Shown here: in pieces, positions 1 to 10,249 of the stretch
Layout: every line of letters begins with the position of its first letter
Numbering within the stretch: the stretch's first letter is position 1
Assembly: GCA_052390515.1 (NCBI GenBank)
Contig: JBQTGV010000060.1
Span: 1-13,026 of the forward strand
DNA from: Candidatus Eiseniibacteriota bacterium
GTDB taxonomy: Bacteria; ARS69
DNA length: 13,026 nucleotides
Reading direction: 5' to 3'
Made by a program: the position numbers and the translations under genes
Notes under the pieces: model-generated
Database searches by the model: none
The model's input: the letters and a program-made list of their open reading frames with translations, nothing else
Told to the model about the DNA's origin: nothing

Positions 1-3542
<3,542 letters not shown>

Positions 3543-3543
<1 letters not shown>

Positions 3544-5201
3544 CAGAACTCTTGCTCCAGCGCCGCGTGCACCTTCGCGTCGGAGAAGCCGTCACCGCGT
3601 CCCAGCGCCAGCTCGAAACGCACGAAACCGGACGAGCGCGTCTCCAGCGAGATCCCGACCCCGCCGCCGGGGATCACGTCGGAGTCTCCGGGGGCGGCAC
3701 CGTCCGACCCGAAGCGCCATGCGCCCACGTCCGCGAACACGTACGCCCTGGACCGGAGCGACAGACGATAGCGCAACTCCGAGCGTGCCCACCACACCCG
3801 ATCGCCATGGAACTGCTCCTCGCGGTAGCCGCGCACGGTGTTCGTGCCGCCGAGGTAGTACTGCTCGGAGAGCGGCGGGCTGCCGGACGTCGAGCGGACA
3901 CCGCGGAAGCCGAGCTCCTCGGAGAGGACCCAGGAGGACCCGGCCGGCACGAGGACGTGGACATCCAGCTCCGCGCGGGAGCGCAGCACCGCCTCCTCGG
4001 TCTCGCGGGCGCCGATGAGGAGGCGTGCGGCCCATCCGCCCCCGGGATTGAGGCGGCGGTCGCGGGCGTCGTGGGCGAGTGCGGCCGAGCCGCCGGTCGA
4101 GGTCTCGCTCACGTCGACGCCCGACGGCTCGTCGAACGACGTCTCGCGGCGCTCCGCCGTCACGGTCACGGTCGAGCGGTCCCCGATAGGCACGGACAGG
4201 CCCGCGTCGAGATCGGTCCGCGAGTAGAGCGGGTCCCGCAGGGACTGGGCGGCGCCCAGCTCCAGCGAAAGCGGCGAGCCCAGCAGCCACGGCTCCCGGT
4301 AGCGGAAGGCGAGGTCCCGGAACTCCGGGGACTGGCGCTCGAAGCGCAACGAAGCGCGGCGCGCGGTGCCGAGGATGTTCCTCAGATCGAGGTGCACGAG
4401 ACCGACCACCTCGCCTCCGCCGGCCGGGTCGGGGTTGTAGCCGAGGATGCCGGCGAAGGAGTTGGCCGGCCCTTCCTCGATCTCGATCTCGACGCCGACG
4501 AGGTTGTCGCGGCTGCCGCGCACGAGCCGCGGCTCGCCGACCGAGCGGAAGAGCCCCTCGCGGCGGAGGCGCGCCGACATTCCCTCGAAGCGGCGCACGT
4601 TCCACGAGTCGCCGGGGCGAACACCGGCAATGCGCGCGACGACCGCGTCCGACGTGGCCGTCCGGCCGAAGACGCGGACCGACTCGACCGTCGTCGCCGG
4701 ACCTTCGCCGATGCGCAGCGTGAAGCCGAGCCGCCCCTCCGGGGTGCGGCGGAAGCTGCTCGGGTACACGCGGGCCAGGGCGTGACCTGCCTCCGAGTAC
4801 GCGCGCAGCACCCGTTCCGCGTCCGCGCGGAACGTCGCCTCCTCGAACGTGCTCCCCGGCCGCGTCTCGACCCGCGAGAGGATCTCCTCCCGCGTCAGGA
4901 GCCGGTTCCCGTGCACGCCCACGTCGCCGACGACGACCGGCTCCCCCGCCTCGATCCGGAGCGTCACGATCGGCGGCCCCGTCACGGCGGTCACCCGCGC
5001 CCCCCACCAGCCGGCCGAGACGAGCCGTCCCGCGAGGATCACCGCCGCGCTGTCCGGCGAGATCGAAGGGGCGAAGAGCGCCGACGCCTCCTCCGCATCG
5101 ATCAGGCGGTCGCCGGCCAGCTCCCAGCGCTCGACGTGGACGGGCGGCAGCGAAGCCATCGCCTGCGCCATCCCCCAGAACGCCAGCAGCAGCACCGTCA
5201 C
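3543..5201 (-). CDS. Omp85 (BamA/TamA family) outer-membrane protein with three POTRA domains
   Basis: GTG at 5201 lies 6 nt after AGGAGG and gives 552 aa with a short signal peptide (MTVLLLAFWGMAQAMA). There are three POTRA-like units ending IEAGEP, IGEGP and IEEGP (the first is degenerate). The barrel carries RNILGT, YREPWLLG, the loop-6 motif LGGTNTVRGY, FADVG and a C-terminal LEQEF beta-signal. Confidence 0.9.
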
Positions 5202-5207
5202 GTCGCC

Positions 5208-5213
5208 CCTCCT
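5208..5213 (-). promoter_or_regulatory. Shine-Dalgarno site (AGGAGG) of the Omp85 gene, overlapping the upstream TAG stop
   Basis: The minus strand reads TTC TAG GAGGGG CGAC GTG, placing AGGAGG 6 nt before GTG 5201. Confidence 0.8.
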
Positions 5214-8200
5214 AGAACAGCGCGCGCATCTCGGCGCGCGCCAGGTGCGTCGTCGGCAGGCCTTCGAGCGCCCGTCCCGAGTACGAGATCGACGCGTTGA
5301 TCCACTCCGACACCCGCAGCTCGAAGCCGGCTTGCCACTCAATCTGGTCGCGCTCCTTCGTGCGGAAACGGTCGCCCGGATCCGTGCCCTCGAACGAGAG
5401 CGGGTGCGTCCAGTCGACTTCGCCGCGGAGCCGGCCCTGCCGCAGCACGGCGAAGCTCGTGGCCGCACCGATCACGAGTCCCTTCGCGCGGGCGTCGTTC
5501 GCCTCGTTGCGCTCGTAGAGCACCGTGCCGATCCCGGACACGCGCGTCGTCGGCCGCGGCTGGAAGACGATCTCCTCGCGGAGCTCCGTGCGCCGCACGT
5601 CGAACTGCACGCCACCGGTGCCGGAGTCCGAACGGCGGTCGGAGTCCCACGCGCTCTGCGTCTCCAGCGTCCACCGCGGGGAGAGACTGTTCCGGGCGCG
5701 CAGCACGGTGCGCTCGGTCTGGATCTCGACGCGCTCCGGATCGCCGCGGTTGTCCTCGGTGTCAATCCGCTCCCAGCGCGCGGTGAGCGAGAACGGTCCG
5801 GCGCCGGGGAAGAGTGTGATCTCCTCACGTACCAGGATTTTGCCGAAGACGGTGTGGTCGTCGTCCTGGAAGCGTCCGAGCTCCAGGCGATAGATCGCCC
5901 CGCGATCCTCGGTCGTCGTCTCCTCCTCCACGCGGAAGAACGTCTCGGTGCCGACGATGGCGAGCGCCCGGGCGAGCGCCGAGGTCGGCGCGTCCTGTCC
6001 CGAACGGCGCGCGCGGGTGCCGCCGACACGAAGCCGGGCGCTCGCGTTCACCGCGATCGTCGGCTCTTCCGCGGCCGTGTCCACGGCGAGGACGTCGGTG
6101 AAGAAGCGCGACGTCGCCTCGTACACGTACTCGCCGTTCACGAGCCCGGCGAAGCTCTCGTGGGCGAGGTCCGCTCGCGCGAGGTGCGTGGTACGGTCCG
6201 TCTCCGGCCGTCCCGGGGCGAAGTCGAGCTCGCGGCGGATCCAGGAGGCACGCGCGCGCAGTGCCCGCCCGGGATCCGCCTCGCCGCGAACCTCCCACGT
6301 TCTCCCCACCGACTGGCGGATCCATTCGCCGGACGCCACGACGTCGGTCACTCGCCGCGCGAAGCGGACGTCGGTGCGTACCGACGACACGGGTCGGAAG
6401 CCGAGGCGGCCTCCCCCTTCGATGTCGTACTCGCCGCCGAGACGGATTTCGCCGCGGGCATCCTGGCGCCGCTCGCTCCACAGGTCGATGCCCGGCTCGA
6501 ACCGGCCGGCCCGCGCGGTCACTTCGCCGCGCGTGCGCAGCAGGTCGCCGACCACGGTGCCGGACGTGTCCGCCTCGTCCCTGCGCTCCACGGACTCCAC
6601 GCGGAAGGAGGCGCTCGGAATCCGGTCGTTACGCCAGCTCGCCCGGCCTTCCCGCCGCGCACTGCGGAAGCGGTCCGCGCGGTCGAGCACGCCCAGGGAT
6701 CCACCGAGAGCCCATCGCTCGGGCTCGGCGAGCGTGGCGGTGACTTCGCCGACGCTTTCGTCCGCCCGCGTCGTGTCTGCGAAGTTCCAGGACTCGCCGA
6801 GGTACACGTCCCGCGTGCGGCCGAGCGAGCGGAACTCCGCCTCCTCCCTGCGGAAGGACGTCTGCACGCGGAACCGGGAGCGCTCGTAGGCCAACGCCAT
6901 GCGGCCGGCGGCGCCGTCGTTGTCGCCGTCGTCGAGGTCAGAGAGCGAGTTGCGGTCGTCCCGGCTGGCCGCGCCGTCGGCCTCCAGCTCGATCCCGTCG
7001 CCGGCCTTCGCCCGGATCCCGACGTCGGCGAGCGTCGTCGTGCGTGGCGCACCGAGAAGGACACCCGGCGTGTAGTCGCCGAGGCCGGCTCCCACGAAAC
7101 GGTAGTAGGTCAAGCCCGTGTCGAGGTCCCGGTCGCGGACGTAGTCGCCGGCGCCGGTACCCACGAAGGTGAACGACACTGCGCAGGTCCCACTGTCGGC
7201 GCCCGCGTCCTTGAAGTACACGAAGTGGTCGGCTACCGGCACGTAGACGCCGCCGTCCTCGCCGCACTCGATGCCGGGAACGAGCACGGTGCTGTCCCCC
7301 GCCGCAGCGAGCGCTTGGCGACGCTCCTCGGAGAGCGTGACGTTCAGCGGGTCCTGGTCGTCCACCTCGGAGGCGATGGACGCTCGCCAGGCCAGTCCGC
7401 CGCCTGCGGATTCGAAGCCGCCCTCGCCGAGATAGAAGTTGCGGCCGTACTCCTGCTCGGCCACCTCGAAGTCGATCGCGATTTCAGAGTCCTCGGTGAT
7501 CAGCCGGCGGTTGGTGAACTCGATCTCCCCGCGCGAGTAGTCGATGACGTAGTCGTGGGCGTCGCCGCGGGTGAGCAGGCGGCCGTCGAGCCATACCTGC
7601 TCCGACCCGGCGACGATGACGCCGGTGGGGTTGAGTCCGCTGCCGGCGAGCACGTACGGCCCCTGCTTCCCTTCTTCGCCCCGGAACTCCGAGGTGCGGA
7701 AGGTGCCGCGGGAGGAGGCGCCGACGGCGCGCGCGTTCGCGGGTCCGGTCTTCGCCCGACCCTCGGCGCCGGAGAGGCGCCGCTCGAAGTCTCCGAAGGC
7801 AGTGCCCTCGCGCCGCGCGACGAAGTCCCCGAGCGTGGCCGAGCCTCGCGGCGCGTCGAGCCGGATCAGCACCTCGTCGAGCTCCTCCAACCGCTGGGTG
7901 TTGCCCTCCGGCTGCAGCGGGATGTTCTGGTCGGAGAGCAGCGCGGTCAGGTTCACGTCGTCGCCGAGGCGGCCGGTCACGCTGACGCGCAGCGACTGCT
8001 CGACGGAGGCGTCCTTGTTGCTCCCGGCCTCGATGGAGAGCGTCTTCGCGCCGCCGATGACCAGGTCCTCGTCCACCACCCTCGCGATCCGGTCGGCGGC
8101 GGAGGCGGACGGCGCGGACATCCGGACCGAGTCGGCCGGGGTCGGCTGGCCCGCCTCCACCGAGACGAACTCCGCGGGCAGATCGAGCGGCACCCACGAG

Positions 8201-8469
8201 TACGTGATCTCGACGCGCTCGCCCTCGGCCAGCGGACTCAGGAGCACGAGGATGCCGGCATCGGGCTCCATGCGGTACCCCGAGCCGGGCGCCAGCGCTT
8301 CGCCCCCGCGACGTACCGACTCCGTTCCGGAGAGGAGGAAGCGCTTCGCCAGGGCCAGCTCGACGACCGTGCTTCCCGTGCCGGTGAAGACCTCGGTCGT
8401 TTCGGGCGCGGCGATCTCCGCGGAGGCCGTGGACACGAGCGCGAGGCACACGGCGGCGGAACGGATCAT
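5212..8469 (-). CDS. Large (~1085 aa) uncharacterised outer-membrane beta-barrel protein with SprA-like modules
   Basis: Starts at ATG 8469 (or GTG 8472), overlapping the NHL stop. It has a signal peptide (MIRSAAVCLALVSTASA), a conserved-looking block LSDQNIPLQPEGNTQRLEELDEVLI, two GSE/GTE-V..G..L..G..Y....G modules, a C-terminal half of alternating amphipathic beta-strands and a terminal ARAEMRALF. I recall similar ~1100-aa hypothetical proteins from Bacteroidota/Ignavibacteriota but have not verified this. Confidence 0.8.
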   Translation of the reverse strand: MIRSAAVCLALVSTASAEIAAPETTEVFTGTGSTVVELALAKRFLLSGTESVRRGGEALAPGSGYRMEPDAGILVLLSPLAEGERVEITYSWVPLDLPAEFVSVEAGQPTPADSVRMSAPSASAADRIARVVDEDLVIGGAKTLSIEAGSNKDASVEQSLRVSVTGRLGDDVNLTALLSDQNIPLQPEGNTQRLEELDEVLIRLDAPRGSATLGDFVARREGTAFGDFERRLSGAEGRAKTGPANARAVGASSRGTFRTSEFRGEEGKQGPYVLAGSGLNPTGVIVAGSEQVWLDGRLLTRGDAHDYVIDYSRGEIEFTNRRLITEDSEIAIDFEVAEQEYGRNFYLGEGGFESAGGGLAWRASIASEVDDQDPLNVTLSEERRQALAAAGDSTVLVPGIECGEDGGVYVPVADHFVYFKDAGADSGTCAVSFTFVGTGAGDYVRDRDLDTGLTYYRFVGAGLGDYTPGVLLGAPRTTTLADVGIRAKAGDGIELEADGAASRDDRNSLSDLDDGDNDGAAGRMALAYERSRFRVQTSFRREEAEFRSLGRTRDVYLGESWNFADTTRADESVGEVTATLAEPERWALGGSLGVLDRADRFRSARREGRASWRNDRIPSASFRVESVERRDEADTSGTVVGDLLRTRGEVTARAGRFEPGIDLWSERRQDARGEIRLGGEYDIEGGGRLGFRPVSSVRTDVRFARRVTDVVASGEWIRQSVGRTWEVRGEADPGRALRARASWIRRELDFAPGRPETDRTTHLARADLAHESFAGLVNGEYVYEATSRFFTDVLAVDTAAEEPTIAVNASARLRVGGTRARRSGQDAPTSALARALAIVGTETFFRVEEETTTEDRGAIYRLELGRFQDDDHTVFGKILVREEITLFPGAGPFSLTARWERIDTEDNRGDPERVEIQTERTVLRARNSLSPRWTLETQSAWDSDRRSDSGTGGVQFDVRRTELREEIVFQPRPTTRVSGIGTVLYERNEANDARAKGLVIGAATSFAVLRQGRLRGEVDWTHPLSFEGTDPGDRFRTKERDQIEWQAGFELRVSEWINASISYSGRALEGLPTTHLARAEMRALF
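7072..7167. repeat. Imperfect 27-nt direct repeat encoding FVGTGAGDY / FVGAGLGDY
   Basis: 7072-7098 gtagtcgccgaggccggctcccacgaa and 7141-7167 gtagtcgccggcgccggtacccacgaa match at 23 of 27 positions and are 69 nt apart, in frame within the large OMP. Confidence 0.75.
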
Positions 8470-9416
8470 CACTCGGCGGCGACGCGCTCGATCCGGTACC
8501 CCTCCACGACCTCGCGCACCTCGTCGACGACCCATACGCGGCCGTCCGGCCCCACCGTGACGTCCGAAGGCAGGCGGAACGTGCCCGGCCCGTCACCCGG
8601 GCCGCCGAAGGCGAGGAGCGGAACGCCCGCCTGTGTGAAGACGCGGATCCGCGACGAGCCCGCGTCCGAGACGTACACGTTCCCGTCCGGCCCGACGTCG
8701 ATGCCGCTCGGACGGATCAGCGGATCCTCCGCGGGGCCGTTCCACGCGGACACCCAGTTGCCGATCGAGTCGAAGAGCTGCACGCGCCCGTTTCCCGCGT
8801 CCGCCACGTACACGGCACCGCGTGGTCCGACCGCCACGCCGGCAGGATCGCGGAAGCGGCTCGGTGCTTCGCCGAGGCCTCCGAGCCGCGTCACCAGCTC
8901 TCCGGTCGGGGCGAAGATCCAGACGCAGTGGCAGAGACCGTCGGAGACGTAGACCCGACCCTCCGGGTCCAGGTCCATGTGCGTGGGGCGCACGAGCTCT
9001 TCGCCGGAGAGTCCCTGCGCCTCGCGGAACGGAAAGACCGCTCCCTCGGGCGAGGAGTCGCCGATGTCGAACTCCTGGATGCGCTCGTTCGTCTCGTCGA
9101 CGACGAACAGGCGAAAGCCCTCGCGGGCGCTGACGTCGGTCGGCCCGGCGAGCTCGCCCTCGTCCCACCCGTAGCCGCCGAACTCGAACACGAATCGGCC
9201 GTCGGCGTCGAAGTGCACGACCCGGTGGTTGCCGGTGTCGGCGACGAACAGATTGCCGAAGGGATCCGTGGACACGCCGCGGGGCGCGCGGAAGCCGGGC
9301 CTGTCGGAAGGGACCACGAGGGCGCGGTCGAATCGCACCGCGAACGTCGCCCCATCGGAGGCGTGCGCCGGCGCAGCGGCCGCGGCGACCCCGAGAGCGA
9401 GCGCGAGGCGGATCAG
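8469..9416 (-). CDS. Exported NHL-repeat protein (six-bladed beta-propeller)
   Basis: Six NHL repeats: FRAPRGVSTDPFGNLFVADTGNHRV, LAGPTDVSAREGFRLFVVDETNERI, LVRPTHMDLDPEGRVYVSDGLCHCV, FRDPAGVAVGPRGAVYVADAGNGRV, LIRPSGIDVGPDGNVYVSDAGSSRI and FRLPSDVTVGPDGRVWVVDEVREVV. They follow a signal peptide IRLALALGVAAAAAPAHA. The start is uncertain; CTG 9416 is proposed (315 aa), because the track's start at 9791 lies deep inside the upstream gene. Confidence 0.88.
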   Translation of the reverse strand: MIRLALALGVAAAAAPAHASDGATFAVRFDRALVVPSDRPGFRAPRGVSTDPFGNLFVADTGNHRVVHFDADGRFVFEFGGYGWDEGELAGPTDVSAREGFRLFVVDETNERIQEFDIGDSSPEGAVFPFREAQGLSGEELVRPTHMDLDPEGRVYVSDGLCHCVWIFAPTGELVTRLGGLGEAPSRFRDPAGVAVGPRGAVYVADAGNGRVQLFDSIGNWVSAWNGPAEDPLIRPSGIDVGPDGNVYVSDAGSSRIRVFTQAGVPLLAFGGPGDGPGTFRLPSDVTVGPDGRVWVVDEVREVVEGYRIERVAAE

Positions 9417-10249
9417 TAGCGTGCGGTGAACACGGGGCCGACGACGAGTCCGTTCACCGTCTCCTCGGGAGCGATGCGCAGATCGAGGTGGGACTCCTGT
9501 CCGAGCTTCCGGTTGTGGGAGCGGGCCAGCGCCAGCGCATCCATCATCGAGGCGAGACGGTTCACGATGGCCGCTCCGACCGCGAGGCGCCCGTTCCGGT
9601 AGGAGCGCTCGCTGCGCGAACGCAGCTGGCGGTAGCGGATCCGCGCGTCGTCGTCCTCCCAGGCCCATTCCTCTCCCTCGTCGTACCGCTTGTTCTGCTC
9701 GAAGAACAGCGCCTGTGCCGCGGGGTCGTCCGGGAACTGGAGGCGCGCGTCGCGGCGGACGATGTCGTGCCACTCCTCGAGCGAGATCCACAACCCGATG
9801 TGCTCATAGTAGTCGGAATCCTGGCTGCTCGCCGCGCCCGCGTTGACCACCGCGAACTCCTCGTAGCGGTCGCGGCGGCGGTCTCCCTGGATCTCGTAGC
9901 CGACGTACGTGCCCCAGATCGCGAACTCGGCGGCGTGGAAGAGCTTCGCCCGGCGGTCGTGTCCGACGTAGCGCTCGCCGAGACCGGGGAGGAGTGCCGA
10001 GGCGGCCACGGCCTTGAGCAGGGACTTCCGGCCGGACGGGTCCTGCTCCTTCCGAGGCTCGGCCCAGTCCCAGTCGTCCTGCTCCCAGTCGTCGGGGACC
10101 GCTGGATCCAGGAAACCCGCCGGCGACGTGCTCGAGTCCAGCCACTCCCGCGCGGCGGCCGTCACGGTCGGCTGCTGCGGACTCTCGGATGCCCCGGCCG
10201 GCGCGGCGAGTGACAGCAGCGCACAAGCGCAGAGCGCCGGCCCCTTCAT
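9413..10249 (-). CDS. Exported/membrane hypothetical protein with a DUF5683-like motif
   Basis: ATG 10249 overlaps the protease stop (ATGA), giving 278 aa. It has a signal peptide MKGPALCACALLSLAAPAGA, the motif KSLLKAVAASALLPGLGERYVG (resembling K-S..A...S...PGxGQxY of DUF5683-type proteins), a charged helical middle, a second hydrophobic helix (LAVGAAIVNRLASMMDA) and a beta-like tail ending VFTARY. Confidence 0.75.
   Translation of the reverse strand: MKGPALCACALLSLAAPAGASESPQQPTVTAAAREWLDSSTSPAGFLDPAVPDDWEQDDWDWAEPRKEQDPSGRKSLLKAVAASALLPGLGERYVGHDRRAKLFHAAEFAIWGTYVGYEIQGDRRRDRYEEFAVVNAGAASSQDSDYYEHIGLWISLEEWHDIVRRDARLQFPDDPAAQALFFEQNKRYDEGEEWAWEDDDARIRYRQLRSRSERSYRNGRLAVGAAIVNRLASMMDALALARSHNRKLGQESHLDLRIAPEETVNGLVVGPVFTARY

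Noticed and set aside
3552-5300. 582-aa plus-strand ORF and 471-aa alternative-frame minus ORF (3592-5007)
   Set aside because: Both overlap the Omp85 gene and have low-information, GC-driven composition.
5212-8469. Large OMP as TamB/AsmA partner or as a TonB-dependent receptor
   Set aside because: It has a cleavable-looking signal peptide rather than an N-terminal anchor, and I see no DUF490-like region or TonB plug motifs. This is not fully excluded without a profile search.
4849-8952. 1367-aa plus-strand ORF
   Set aside because: It is an antisense shadow of the minus-strand OMP gene. It has no recognisable motifs, and long stop-free antisense frames are expected at this GC content.
9400-9480. 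Programmed frameshift fusing the DUF5683-like and NHL genes
   Set aside because: The NHL frame is open upstream, but no slippery heptamer is visible and the NHL protein has its own signal peptide right at the junction.
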